Of a DNA stretch of 64,000 nt, positions 1 through 14,792 are shown one piece after another. The notes under the pieces are model-generated. The model made no database searches, was not told the DNA's origin, and saw only the letters and a program-made list of their open reading frames with translations. Source of the DNA: Phoronis australis (taxonomy: Eukaryota; Animalia; Phoronida). The stretch covers positions 367,710-431,709 of the forward strand of contig NMRA01000236.1 in NCBI GenBank assembly GCA_002633005.1, read 5' to 3'. The position numbers were made by a program, and so were the translations under genes. Numbering within the stretch: the first letter of the stretch is position 1; the number at the start of each line of letters is the position of its first letter.

Positions 1-739
1 CGTATGCAGGACCTAAACCAGACCAACAACTCCAAGTGCATTCCTGGGCCTTTAGGGACTGCTGCACGGAAGAGAATTTTACCGCGACCAAAAGTCAACC
101 ATAATTTATACGTAGTCATTAGAATCAAACTGGAAAATTGTCAGAGGGTTTGTCTGTGTGTTACTTCATGGCTTCATGGAGAAATGGACCCTGTTTACCT
201 AATGAAACTGGATTCAAAACCCTAATATTGCCCCTTAAGTAATAACATTCTGTTCAGCACAACAACTGTGCTATGCTGTGATAGCTAACAACTTGACATA
301 TTAATACCTGTTGTCCCTTAAACGTAATTCCAGGTTTAACTATTTTAATCTTTGGCCTAATCTTTACTGTATGGAATGCGCTGGTTTTTAAACCTTAACA
401 CATGGTGATAGTTTGACTGTATTACCCATAGGGATCTCTAGGTGCTTGTTAGGCAGGAATTTGTTTTAGTGTAGCTATATTTGGAATCATGAAGCCACGT
501 AAATATGCTTTTTGAAAATAAATGGCATTTTAAAGTTTATTACTTAGTGAAATGAAATTTTTCCAAGTATACTGATTTTTTGTGCAATTTGCTTTTACTT
601 GGTGGAGTGAAATTTCTCCAAGTATGTTGCTTTGTCATGGTTTGTTATTTGTTTGTAAGCATGCTAAAGGTCGTATTTTTTTCTAATGACATAAAATTCT
701 CAAATATCTCTGTTAAAATCTTGAGACTTTTTGCTGCAT

Positions 740-1330
740 AGTGGAATCAATCCAAGAGTAGCGCTGTGACAGCCATTTTTGCATTTTCTATTAGTTTTAG
801 CCCTGTGGTCCTTTCACGGATTCGTCTGATGTTTGGTGTGTAGATAGATCTGTAAAGGGCTTTCAAAGGTTGGTCATCTGTTTCTGGTTGTGACCATATT
901 CCAGATATTTCAATGACTTTTTTAATTCGATTTTGCCAAGCCTGGCTCTTCCCAGTGCTTTCATCCTGTATTTTACTGGACATACAATTTATGATACTCT
1001 TGGGTGGGGGCTGGTGAGGTTCTAGACCGGACAACCCAATGCATTTACCATAAATGAACGAGGTATCAACATATGGCCACAAGAGCTCTTAGAGTGCGTC
1101 TCAGAATGTACAGATTCTGAAATGGATGTCTGCCGCTGTCTGTACTCTGGATTTGGCCTCTGGATACCTGAAGTTGATATTCGATTTAACAGCCAAAACT
1201 GACTTAAGGGTTTCTGGGACCTTAATAAACCACCTCAACTCTAGTTCAAATATCAAAAACAATGCTTTGTCAATCATTGAAAGTATATATTTTCTGAAAG
1301 CAGAAAGATCAAGGATTCTAAAAATATGCT
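740..1330 (-). mobile_element. Highly degraded CR1/L2-like LINE RT fragment
   Basis: Minus-strand remnants such as LDLSAF and LKALYRSIYTP...LIENAKMAVTALL resemble RT and C-terminal motifs; many stops. Confidence 0.3.
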
Positions 1331-3221
1331 TACTACTGTGTCTATTATTGTCACATGGCCTCGTTTGTAAGTCAAATTTTCATGTGCAAGAGAAGTGCAT
1401 TCATAGCAAAAATAACCCCTTAGCTGATTTTGCTAAAAGTTTTTCAAAGGGTTTCTTTGTTATTTCTCTTAAGAATTTTTGATAATTCACTTAGTTCAGG
1501 TTTTATGTCAAATTAATTATCAAAACCAGGCATTTTTGTAAAAAAAAAACAACATCCTAAGAGCGTTTTTGAGACATACCATAGTTTTCATTTGAAAAGG
1601 TTGTAGTAAAATCGGCTGGGATTATTTTGCTATGAATGTACCTCTCTTGCGCATGAAAACTGAACTTAAAAACGTGGTTATGTCACAGTAGCAAGAATCA
1701 TATTTTTAATATCCTCGATCGTTCTCCTTTCAGAAAATGTATACTTTTAATGGCTGACAAAGCATAGTCTGTCCATTCTCTTAAAGAAGGAGACTGGCAG
1801 ACTTGAAAACTTTTTTCACGAAGAACCATAACCGGAGCTCGTGTTTTTAGTTCATGTGTTTTTGTGCAATGGCCCTAACCATGAGGTCTGCGCACGTCTG
1901 ATCGCACCACAAATGACGTCAAGCCACCAGTACTCTTTTTTGACAAAGCATTTTCGATTAAGAACTAAGGTCGTTCAGTAAGGTCCTAAATAACCTTAAA
2001 ATGAATAATCGTGTCACAGCTAAACAGACAAATTTCACTCCGGAAAAGTTCTGCCAGAAACCCAAAAAGGCCCCCCCTGACTTTCTCGAACTTTCAACGT
2101 ATTACAAAAAAGGGATGTCGTATGATTCACCCATGCTATTGAGACTGTGGGTTGGGCCTGCAAGAAACATTTCGAGCTTTAAATTAGATATTCAAAGAAC
2201 CTTCCGAAGCTGATCTCATGAATAGTCGTAACGCAGTGAACACTTAGTGTTCGCTCTTTGGAATCGAAAAATTGTCCCCCCCCCCCCTTAAAAATGAGCT
2301 AGCTCGAACATTAGAGGTACCTCAAGAACTAAACCCGGCATTTATAAATGTATCGTTACACCACGGGGGGTCTTCCGAAGAAAAAAATGTTTGACTTACC
2401 TACCAGAAACTATCAAACAACACTTTATCACCGAACGCGTTAAGCATGATAACCGTAAAATGTGAAAATTTATTTGTGTTCAATGTGTCGGAATCTTGCT
2501 TGCTACTCCAGCTTGGATAAGATTCATTTGCCTAATCCAATACTCTGAAGAGACCAACAAAGGACACTTGGTACTGCAGGTACTCAAAACTGACCAGTAG
2601 AGGGCTTAGCATACCTGAAACTCGTATACCCGCAGCTGAATGTGTCTAAACTCATAAGCCAACGGAAGAGTTTTTCAGTTGGGTAGATGTTTGAGTGATA
2701 ATAGTTCATACAGTAAGTCTGTAGTGGGGTGGGACAGGTGTGAACCCGTGCTCACTCGCCCAGGAGCAGTCGAGGCCCACCGATTTCACAAGGGTAGTTT
2801 TATTTGTTACTGACCACTAGGAGTGGCATGTCTTGATTAGAAAACAGGAGATTATATATTCAGCATCCTAAATTAGACTTGCGGGAAACGAATACATGTA
2901 GTTCGAACGCAATGCTTCTGTGGTAGGCTGTTCCTCATGGCGATGTGGGAATCATGCTGAACAGGACTCGGAATCTAATCTGTACTTGAAACGAACTCGA
3001 AATTATTTTTGGCAATTTCTCTGCTACTTTTGTGCGAACTCAAAATAAGTGGTTATTAGATTGCTCGAATACATTCCAGTTTACGTATATGAGTTTCTAG
3101 TCGAAGTTTGCATTTGATGACCCTTATATTCGTGTAACTAACTCGAGTAACGTAGAAAATAAATCTGAAACTAAATAAGGCGATCCAGATCCTCTTAAGG
3201 ATACTATTGTTTCACGAAATG

Positions 3222-3474
3222 TAGAATATATATAGGTAAATAAAACAACAACAAGAATGGATCAAATGAACTTTTCGGATATAATAACGTCTTTCGTCAA
3301 CAGAAACAGGAATAAAGTAAAATCAAACACTATGTGACAATTGACACATCTTAAATGTTAATTGTCATTTAGTGTTTGATTTTACTTTATTTCTGTTTCT
3401 GTTGACGAAGGACGTTATTATATCCGAAAAGTTCAGTTGATCCATTCTTGTTCGCTTTACCTATATATATTCTA
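3222..3474. repeat. Foldback palindrome with arms of about 120 bp
   Basis: tagaatatatataggtaaa...cttttcggatataataacgtc...tgacaatt and its reverse complement, separated by a short loop. Confidence 0.85.
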
Positions 3475-3784
3475 TAACTCGAGTAAGTCGAAATTTCGAT
3501 CTCTAACTCGAACTTTTAGCTTTAATGTTGGGTTCATCAACTGCAAACTAGGACTAAAAAATTGTCCACGCAAGTACTCGAGCATAGAACAATAGACACT
3601 TATCTCGAGTTTGCACAAAAGTATAGTAGAAAATGCTAATCAATTCGTGTAAAAAGATTAGAACCCGGGCCCAGGTCGTCGAAGATTGCCAAAAATTAGC
3701 GTTGACGTCACTTTCTATGTGTCGCAATAGAGCTGTGATGTCAATCAGGTGCCATGACAACCTGATTCAAAACGTGCTACCGGC

Positions 3785-3839
3785 ATGATGACGGCGAACG
3801 TTTCTTGTGCAATAGGAGTTTTTCTTGGGTTATTAGTTG
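3785..3839 (+). CDS. CAP gene exon 1, signal peptide (MMTANVSCAIGVFLGLLV)
   Basis: ATG, hydrophobic stretch, donor G|gtgagc, phase 1. Confidence 0.7.
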
Positions 3840-6800
3840 GTGAGCATTAAATTCTCTTATTTTTTCGTAAAGTCCTACAAATTATAAGCTATTACTTTTG
3901 GAAATTATCAAAATCATTCCAAGACAGCTGACGGTTTCCTCGTGTATTTATCGCCTGAGTACGAAAATGTACGGTTTCATTTCAGTTGCCTTTGCAGCAA
4001 AAGGTAAGAAAATTTATTCTATTAATGCGTGAGTTCTACGCGGTCGAGTGAGAAGAATGGTGTTGATCAACATTCGGATCTTTTTTAAAGGGCTATTTCG
4101 CCGCTGTTTAGCTGTCAATGTTGAATTTTTATAAAGCGAATTACGAAGCGTTTTGAGCATATTACGACGATCGATCACGGTAAATGGTACATGTATATGA
4201 GACCAATTTTATGAGAGTAGAAACCAATTCAATACTCGCTTTAGTCTTCTAAACTGGGCGTACTGCATCCTCGTGGCTAATATGCGACATATTAGGAAAG
4301 TGGCATCCGTTTTATTGCCTACTCGACATACCTTTTATTCATAAATATGATCGGGATTCAAGTATCCTACCAAAACTGTTGCTAAAAGTTAGTAGTAAAT
4401 CCGCCATGCATTATAAACATTGGTAATAACGAGGCTGGACGGCCAGCTCCTTTCGATTAAATGGGTTTAAAAACACAACAGATTCTGGTTCCTTTAATGT
4501 TTTTCATTTCTGTGTAAACGGGTGGTGACCACCGCGCAACTAAGTCGTTGTCAAACGACTTGATGGTTGTCTGGAAACCTGTATAAATAATTGTCGGACG
4601 AATAAAATCTTTGCAATGGAGCGCTGGCGTCGTTGACAGGATCATTAGATGACGTGAAAACAACTCTTTTTAGGGTGCAAAGACAAACTTGCGACATGCA
4701 ACAATATCATAGCAGAATCACCGGACTTCTGTGACACCGCGGGGATGTTTTCTCGAAACAAGTGTATGGAAAGTTGCGGGTTTTGTGGAAAAGGTCGCTG
4801 GTTGAGTTCCGGTAAGTACACAGCACTGAGCAGATAAGCTGGTTTGTAATTTTGACGGACTTTCTTTCTTCGAGTATATGTACACATCGCCATGCAAAGT
4901 GAAAGGGATGGAGACATAAGTTCATTACCTGGAAGTTACACCTGGCTTTAAGAATGTATTGATTTTATATACTATACCTCTAGTGAGCAAAATGTTGTTT
5001 GTCTTCCAAACTCTTCTTGTATTTATTTTTGGTGTCCTTTTACAAGATGTGGACATTTTCCCTACTCACATGCGTAACTGAACATGTCGATTTGATAGAA
5101 TTAAGAGTAAAGTTGGCAGTAGTTGATGCCTTTGACGATGTCGCTACTCGTGACGACTATAATGGAGAAAATGGTGATGGTGAAAGTGACAGGTGATAGT
5201 AGTGAGGATGACTGTTATGGTGGTGATTGTGAGGATGATGATGACGATGACGATGACGACGATAAATTTGGTGTACTCCTTTTATAATGTTTGTTAGAGC
5301 TCTAACCAACCAATTCATTTTTAGATGAAACGAAGACCACAAGTGCGCTGCCAACAACTATTGCTGTGGAGGGTAAGTCTGTGTTCTTTTCGTATAAGCC
5401 ATTAGCTGCTGAGCACAAACTGGCAAGGCTTACATTAACCGGCAAACGTTGGACCTTGGACGCACTGATTATGAAAACGCACTGAAATTTAGCCATTTTG
5501 AAGGATTCGATTATTCAGCATGCTGTTTTAGGCGCTGCATCTGTTTTATCAGTAAACCCTGCCGAATGCAAGCTGGATGATGTGGTTCCTTGGTAATTTT
5601 CACGACTGATACGATCTCGTTATGAATAAAATCTAGGATCTCATTAAAATATGTAACATATGCCAACTAGGAATCGTTGGTAAAGTCGGAAAGGAGATGA
5701 AAAAACTGAAAAATTATCTGTGAAACATGAAAAATAATCGCCATATGGCCTTAGAAAGCGGAATTGTAAATAATAGATTACTAGATATGCAATATATATA
5801 TAAATGGATAAAGACGTCACGAAACGTTTTACGAAATCATGGGTCAAATTTACATGTAAAATGCATGTACAGTGTAGGTCTACTCGTAACAAAGTCGTCA
5901 AATAAATTATTAACGCGTATTTCCACATTGTGTATCTTACAACGAAAATTCTCGTGTAACTCATAACACCATGTGCAACACTATCTCATTATATGGCGAG
6001 TTAGCGTGCCACGCCTTTTCTTACATTTGGGCTAGATTATTTTTGACACAGTTTTAACCTGAATAAGTATCATTGTTCACTCAAAAGTGTTTTCAAAGTA
6101 CAGAAAATTGAACATTCTGTTAATGTGAGTGCCATCATTAAAAGGACGGGTAGTCTGTACTGTTAAAAGATCTCACGAGAAGGAAAATTTATTCGTCCGT
6201 AATTATTTCCATTGAACGGACTTAGTGCTTTAAAACTACAGTTCCCCGCTTTTGTTGCTGCTCCTATTTTAATACAGGGAACCCCACTTGTGAAGCTCGA
6301 AAATGGATTTCCTGCCAGTGTAATTTTCAATGAGAATAAGTCGTTTAAAATGATAAGGTGTTATTCTCATTTGAGTAATTTTTGGAAAATTTTTCGAAAT
6401 TGCGCTCATGGGCTTCCTTTTGGGTACGCCTATTTTCTGAAATTCTCAGTAATGGCAGCTTTTAGTTTGAAGTGGGTGTCTTTACATTGATCGTTGGGCT
6501 ACCGTGTGTCGCAACAATTGAAAACGTCAAATGTTTCAGTAGACAAATCACCTGAAAACAGATTTTGACGGAACCGAAACATACTGTACACGGAGGTGAA
6601 AGATATACAAGACCTGTTCGCCGAGGTACCAAGTGTACTTTGAGAGTCAATGTCTACACAAATAAGCTGGCTTAGTACGTTAGGGGACCACAAAAGTACG
6701 CCTATAGTTATTATCCCTACAAAAATGGTCAATCTGTTGCGGGACCAAAAAGTACTGACAATGGTAAATAGTGTTACAAAGCAAACTATGGTACATAGGC

Positions 6801-9800
6801 GGATTTAGGGGGGAGCCCAGGGGGCTCGGCCCCCCCCCCTTGGCTGCCGCAAAAAAATAAAAGAGTAAGAGCGTAGGGATATGGTGAGTTTATTAATTAA
6901 CCCCGGTAATTAAAATTATATGGATGAAAAAAGATTTAAATGTGTGCAGTTTTAGTGTTTGGGGGGGCTCAAACCCAATTTCAAGTGTCAAATTCGGAAC
7001 ACGGCGCATTCGTAACGGAACTACGGCTAAGTATAGGCTCTCCCGCGATATCCCAGGCGACCGGCAGTGGCGCTGCGCACTACGACTCCGTTTTCGTCGT
7101 CTTCTCCACTGTGCAATGAAGAAAATTTACTTCATTTTTTAAATAGAATGGAACCTGAGTGACGATGAAAAAACAAAAGCTGCTGGTAAGATGTGAATTT
7201 TAATCGAAGCCTCAGTGAATCACTCAGAAACTCGCAATACTCTCTTTGTCAAACCTTAACTTAGACGATTTCCAAAGCAATCCCGTCATTATTGCCAACA
7301 CGAAAAACGGATTTGGTCTTTTGGGCATTTGAAGACTATTTTAAAAACGACAAAGTTGTTAAGAATTCATGGCACAAAATATAAAACGTGTAATAAGCAT
7401 TACGAAAAGAAGTAGGTTTCGCGCGCAAACGCTGTGGACCATAAACAAGTAGGTCTTTTAGCATTACATTACTAGTCAAATCGTGGTGGTGTAGTGGTAA
7501 CGCACGTCGCACGCGCTCTCTAACCGCGAGGTCGTGAGTTCAAGTCTTTGTTACGTTCAGTTTTTCTGTTTGACACGTTCTCTGTTTTTTTTTTTTTTTT
7601 TCTTGAATAATACTTCAGGAATCAAGGAAAATGCTTGATTTTTAGAGGTAAAAACAGAAAAATTTCCTGGGCCCCCCATTCGGTGCTATGCGCATCTACA
7701 ATCGTAGTTCAGTTTGCGCAAATGCTTACAGCCGGACAAAATGTTGGCCCCCCCCCTTGTGATATCCTAGATCCGCCACTGTGGTAGAAAGATATCACAA
7801 GACCAGTTGAAGTACACCGAGAGCCAAGATCTTTACGAAAATGTTCGATCTGTCTCGAGACCAAAAAGTACAGACTGATGGGTAGATAGATGTGATAAAA
7901 AGGCCAGCTCGTCGAGAGACCAGAAGTACACTGAGAGTCAATAGCTACACAAATAAGCTGGCCTGGTCCGTCGCGAGACCTAAAGTACTCTATGCAACTG
8001 AATTGAAAACTGCTCACTTGACACATTTTATTCAACAGTGTATGCTTTTACGTATGTTTTTTGTATCTTGCCGGTACTCATTGACAAAACAGAACACACG
8101 CCTTGTACTGCTGTGGATAAAGCGCTTGACGGCCAGTGACGTGTCTAGTATTTTCGTTGTTTCGTAATGCGTGATCATCAGTAATAGCCCAGTACGCCTT
8201 TCCTCAGATATAGTAGCCCTCAAACGTGTCTTCACACGCCTGAGCACAGAAAATGATCTCGCTGCCTCACAGGGTCAAATAGGGGATATGCATTCTATCC
8301 ATGTCATCTCCCTGACGTTTGGGAACATGTCGCCGTCTGCGTGCTTGAGTGTGGAACGCAAATTACTTGGCAAATCCTCTCGACTTTGAGCATTCCAGAA
8401 GGACCGCCAGTGCCGGAGTTCTCGCTGAAATGAGAGCAAAAGATATTGATACTTTTTATGTTTCTATTATTACATTGGTCAACCAGTAATTTATCAGAAC
8501 ACACAGCGTGTCACTCAAAATTCCGATAGTCAGAAGGGAGTCAGTCACCTCCAGTAAATCTGGTCATGGCAAATCTATGTCTCAGAAATGCAGCCGATCC
8601 TCCAGTGAGCTTAAGTCTACATTCCTCACATCCTGCTAATGACGAAAGAAATGACAGCTTCCACCTGCCTGTTGTCTTCCGAAAACCTGGTGGTCAACTG
8701 AGAGCTTGTCTAGGAAGGGTTTTCCCACTGGTTTTCTGTGGTACTCAGTGGAAGAAACACTATAGTATTGACAACAACTTGAGCCGCGCACTACGTAACA
8801 TAGATTTTGGTTATAAAGCAGACAAAAAGCCAAGTGGAAATACAGACCACAATCAGTTTCTGTGCTCTCGTAGACCATGTGCTTTACTAAGTAAATTTGG
8901 GATGTCCGAATAATAATAATTCGTATTTCGCTTCCATTGTACACAAACACCAAAGAAAAAATAAGTCAGAAATCCGACATTATGTTAATAATGTGTAGAA
9001 TTATAATGTTATAATGTATAACCTGGGAGTTTATGCAGGAACGTTAGCCCTATGCGGCTTCTGGTGTCTGGACTGCCGAAGAGTCTGGACATCGGATCCA
9101 GTGTTCTCAGCTATGGTTTGCGCGTCTTAGAACCAACCCGGCAGGCACCTTTGTTGTTTGTTCTCAATGCTTGCACTTTGTCAACTGTCGTGTCAATGGG
9201 CTTGTAAGCCTCTATAATGCCAGCATCTCGTTTTTGAAGCTTGGCACTCAGCCCTTTGAGGTTGTCAAGTCCATTCAAAAGAGTTACAAGAGCGACTATA
9301 TTTGACCTGTTCATCATGGACAGCTTCAAACCTTGCGTTTTGTCAAAGGCAATGTATCCCAGTACCAATTTACATCTCTTGCAATATTGTGAATAAACGG
9401 CAGTGACGTTTAATGCGGGTAGGAAGACAGTCTGTGCTGAGGTTGGTACCAAGGGCTATTGAACACCGCACGAGTCCCGCAAGACTTTGCTGAGAAAGTA
9501 CAGCCTACCCGCAATTTCTGGTGCTGCATACTGTTCGCGAATGCGGTCACCTTGTCAACGTGAGTGCCCNGTCCCCCCCCCCCCCTCTCCCCGGTTGATT
9601 CCTTTTATAGGCCTAACTTGCTAAAGTGTATTTCAAAACGTTCTCGCGACCAAACCACAGTGCCCGCCAAAAAGGTTCTTATATGGCTAAACAATTCTTT
9701 GGAAAACGAATTGGTCGTTTTTTGTTTTTTAAAACAAACTCATTACATGTATACTGTATATTTAATGCGCAAGACAATTTTATTACAAACGTGTAGAGTT

Positions 9801-12800
9801 TAATTGCAAGACAAGGCATGACATATCAGGTATAAACGTTGCACGTCGACTCACCTGAATGTCGGGGTTGCGGTCCCACAGTATTTTCCCTAATCATATC
9901 AAAACATTTTTAAGAGTAAAGACGTTTGTTACTTAAAAAAAATCAGCTATAGAGGTTTGCTTTGTATACGGTGCCTTGCAGTGGATCCATCTAAAGGGCT
10001 TGGCTACTTCAGAAGTGTCGACGAAAGCGCGCGCACAATTGAACTCCGCGCGACTTGCCGATGCGTCACGAAAACTCGAAATGCGTTGCTTTTCGTGATT
10101 ACAACAAATTACAATGCAAAGAAATTATATTTTTCAGGGGGAAACCCCCCTAATTTTTTTCGAGGTTGTTTACTTGGGGTTTTCCCACGTCGTTTTGCGG
10201 GTGACGTTTTTTATCCTGTCCGGAATCCCCCCGTAGATCCGCCACTGCGGCAAGAGTAATAAGGATATATCTAACAATAGCTTTTTTCGACGACATGTAC
10301 GTGCTGTGTACCTTGCTGGTGACGCGAAAGTTTGTCCAAACACAACATTCTCTTTCAAGAAGACTCTGACCTATCGAAGACGTCTCTGTGTGGCTACTAA
10401 AAATTACAGGAATTGTTGTTTGTTCTGCAAGTAAAAGTTGTTAATTTTACAGACAGCACCAGCTCCTTGGCTACGAAGGCGACGCTTGGTAACAGCACTC
10501 ATTTTAGTACGATAAATGTCTGTGTAACGTCGAACGGCGATGTTGTTTTCGGATGAAATAAGGTCCTATCCGGCAACTGAACTTCTGTTTTTGTTTTTAG
10601 GGATCGCCTATTTAGTTTCGACATTTGTAACATGTGATACCGCTAAACACATGACCAACTACAGTCGTACACATTTGATAACCCTACAGAAGACCCCCAA
10701 TTGTTTTGAAGATTATTTGTCAGCACTAAGATTATCAACGCTCCCGAATACTGAGCTCAGATTGGTTTTCTTATACTGAATTCCAGCTGTTACTAAACAT
10801 CTAATTTATGTTCAACATATGACCCGTAATGAACATGTTCAGTCCCTGTCCGTCAGCGAAGCTCCGTTCCAGAGATGAAAAAAGGGTTGAGCTGGAGAAA
10901 TGGTTACTTATTATAATGTTGCATTGGAAATAGTACAAAAATGCAGTCTCAATCGCTTCAAGTCGAGATGCCTCAGACAGATATCATACTGCTGAAAAAC
11001 TCCCGTCTCTAAAATCGGCTGTATTTTACCCCAGTCACGTGTATCTGAGCTATGTAACGTAAGTAGATGTCCACGTGTGGGAATATTTTCAGAAATCACA
11101 ACAGATTCTCAGCTAAAGAGGACATGCAAGCGAAAATACCAAAACTTCTACCTCGCCAATCACACAGCCTGTATTTCAAGGTCGTCAAAACTAATTAGCG
11201 CAGTAGGTAGGTGTTACTCTAGATTATAAAAGTCACATTAGTCGTTAAAAATAGTGCATTTGATATAGTGTTTGTTAATGACGATGGTTAAAGTGTTCTT
11301 CGCCTTCACGTACCAGTACCATTCAATGGATGAACACATACGTGTCGCATTTGGATTTGAGCTCTAAGTCCAGATAATAGAACTATAGACTTTACTTTAG
11401 TCTTCTTTCTGCAGGAGTAACAGATAAGGATAAAGCTCTGATTGTCGATAAGCATAACGAAATCAGAGCAAAAGTGAAAAGTGCCGGCAAAATGCTTAAA
11501 ATGGTAAGGTTTTCGGTTATCAGAAAATTCGTAATATCATGAGATGGCCACGAAAACGTTTGCCAAAGTCTAATTAAACGTCGCTTATGATGTGCGATAT
11601 ACTACATTTACGACAATGGCACGAATGACGTAAAACGCAGATTTGTGATCATGAACAGAGGGAAAATGGACAGACAAAGGAAAATACAGACCATAAGTGC
11701 AGCAATACAAAAATCAAAAATGTTCGACTGTGTACGGAAGGGGGGGGGGAACACTTTGTCCCACCAACTGGAATGCTAGTTTCTTCAAGACAACGGAGTC
11801 GTTGAATCAGGACGGGATTTTAGAAAGTGGTTGACGACCGACGGAAGTTAAGCCGCCGCCTGGGAAGTCTATACATCTAGTTGTTACAGACCTGATTTGG
11901 GGAGGGATTATTAAATCTAGATAGCGAAGAGAACCCCCCCCCCAAACTAGTTATAGGTTTACCATAATGGATTTTATCTAATGGATTGCTTCAAAGTGCA
12001 CCAGCTGCGTATGTGGCCTCGAATATCAACATTTCTGAGTTGATCTGCGTGCTGTATGCTCCTTAGGCTGCCGCTGGTCCTTGTTTATTTTTACCGTTTT
12101 TTTTTTGATTGGTTTAAAATGTTTGGGATTGAAACTTTTAAGTCTCAATTCCAAATGACAAGATTTAACGACTATTGCCGTTTTACTTGTTTTTCTCGGA
12201 ATGCAACTAACGCAAACAATACTACGGGAATGGGGAATGGATAAGGTACAAGGATCCGAAAACTTTCTGAGTAAAACCAAACGGATCCGTTTTGATTTGG
12301 CGATCCAATAAACTCTGAGCAAGTTTGCTTTTCCTGAATGATTTATCTGTATTTTTGGTTAATTCATTTAATAACAGTTTTGCTCGTGGTTCCATGCCCC
12401 CAAGTCAAATTCAGGGCGTGATCACTATTATTCCAAAAGGTAAAAAGCCGCGTGAATTCTTGAACAATTGGCGCCCCATTTCTCTCTTAAATACAAGTTA
12501 TAAAGTTTTATCAGGTTGTATTGCACATCGTATTAAAAGCGTCATTACCAAAATCATTCATGAAAATCAGAAAGGCTTTATCAAGGGGAGGTTTATTGGT
12601 GAAAATATTAGAACCATCTACGACATTTTAAATTGCTCAGAAGAATATGATATACCCGGTCTGATAGTTCAAATTGACTTTGAGAAAGCCTTCGATTCCA
12701 TTTCGTGGAAAATGATCTACAAAACCCTATCTTTTTTCAACTTTGGTAAAAACCTAATTGATTGGGTGCGCTTACTAAATTCAAACGCTACACTTTGTGT

Positions 12801-14761
12801 GATCCAGCACGGCATAACTTCAGAATACTTCAAAATTGGTCGCGGATGTAAACAAGGTGATCCTGTGTCCCCCTATCTTTTTATCATTTGTGTTGAAATA
12901 ATGGCCATTATGTTTCGTGAAAATAAAAATATAAAAGGTATTGGCATCCCAGATGTCAACGACCTTAAGCTTCTGCAATATGCAGATGACACGGTTTTGT
13001 TTTTAGATGGTACAACAGAATCCTTAAAATACTCGCTTGATCTCCTGGACCAATTTCACAAATTCTCTGGTCTGAGACCAAATGTAGAAAAAACTCATTG
13101 TATTTGGATAGGTCGGATGAGGGGAAGTGAATTGCGCTTGTGTCCAGAATTAAATTTATCTTGGCAAAAACAAAAATTCTCAATTCTGGGAGTCACATTT
13201 AGCACAAATTTATCAGAAATTTCAGACTTAAATTACAATGTCAAAATACAAGAGATTTACAGAGATTTGACGTGTTGGTCCAGGAGATCGCTCACTACGC
13301 TAGGAAAAATAACCGTAGTTAAATCGTTTGTTTTGCCTAAATTAACGCACCTCCTGTTGTCATTACCTTCTCCATCAGACAAAGTTGTTGACTCTTTAGA
13401 AAAACGTTTTTTTAAATTTATTTGGCAAAACAAAAATGACAGGATAGCTAGAAATATTATGATCCAAGATTTTTCCAACGGAGGCTGTAAAATGGTCCAT
13501 TTAAAAAGTTATATTAAGTCGTTAAAATTTACATGGTTCGTGAGACTTGTGATGGCCAATCAATCTTCCTGGAAATTGATTGTTATGAAAAACCGCTTTT
13601 TAGCTGGAAAAAACCTTCTTCATGTTGGGGCCAAATTTTATAGTCAATGCCCGGGAATTTTTAAGAATGTCTTTTGGAAAGAGGTATTTTTAGTTGTTGG
13701 GGAAGTACTCTCTAGTATCTCAGATTATCACATTAAAGAGGAATTTTATTACGAACCACTCTGGTATAATGAACATATTTTGATTGATAAAAAGTCTGTT
13801 TTCTACAATGACTGGTATAAAAGAGGTATAGTTTTTATTCACGATTTGTTGAACCATAATGGTTATTTTATGTCTTACCAGTGTTTTTGTGAAAGATACA
13901 GGTTTTCTCCATCATTTACATCTTTTTGGGGTATTCGAAGTGCAATTCGTCAAACTATTCGTCATTCTCAAATTAGGCCATGTAGTGAAATTGAGATAAC
14001 CTTGCCTTTTTGCACAACATTTAATTCCATTCTTATATCGAGACAAAAAGTCAATAAACAAATTTATACCCACTTAATACAAAAACTATATAAAAAACCC
14101 AAATTTGAGGAAAATTGGGAAAAACAGTTGAATACCGTAATTCCCCGTGAGTGGTGGAGAAAAGCTTATTCTTATTCTATTAACTTTTCTTGTGATATCC
14201 AGCTTAAATGGTTTCAAATACGTTTAACTCACAGACTACTCGGAACCAATAAGTTTTTGAGTAAGATTGGTGTTAGAAATTCAGATAGTTGTACTTTTTG
14301 TAATTCTCATTCTGAAGACCTTTTTCACTTGTATTGGTCTTGTTTACGTGTCCAAAGTTTTTGGAAAACAGTTGAAAACTGGATAAAAAACTTCTGCGGA
14401 ATTGATATGAAACTTGATCATTTTTACGTAATTTTTGGCTCCTTTAATGGACCAAAAATCATAAATCTACTTTTATGTTTAGGCAAGTACCACATACACA
14501 AGCAAAGACTTCAGAATGTAGAACCATGTTTTGCACTTTTTAAACATTCTGTTTTTGATTACTACAAAGTAGAAAAGGTTATGTACTATAACCAGTGCAG
14601 GTATCTCGACTTCGAGGAACGATGGGCCCCTCTAGCACCTTTATTTTAATTTACACTACATACAACCAATGGCCCCCCTGTGTATGAATGTGAGCGTGAC
14701 TGTGTGCGTGAATGTTTATACTGTTTGGCTTTATTGTATTTGCATTACGATAACAATAAAA

Positions 14762-14792
<31 letters not shown>

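Larger units (their letters stand above)
6510..10247 (-). mobile_element. Degraded hAT-like element with transposase remnants (about 8090-9560, minus); left end not found
   Basis: LRRVKTRLRATISEERRTGLLLM (hAT dimerisation-like), EYHRKPVGKPFLDKL, LKGLSAKLQKRD...EAYK; right terminus cgtagatccgccactg; collinear with 31968-37160. Confidence 0.75.

Noticed and set aside
3703-3710. Single TGACGTCA upstream of the CAP ATG
   Set aside because: One 8-mer without other support; could be chance.
5157-5357. His-rich minus-strand ORF
   Set aside because: Arises from an intronic (GAT/GAC)n microsatellite.
7481-7547. Possible tRNA gene
   Set aside because: A and B boxes only, with no acceptor stem, inside a transposon; SINE-like.
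12026-12322. Possible 5' inversion (twin priming) of the Tx1 element
   Set aside because: The TSD at 12321-12335 delimits the insertion, so upstream sequence is host DNA.
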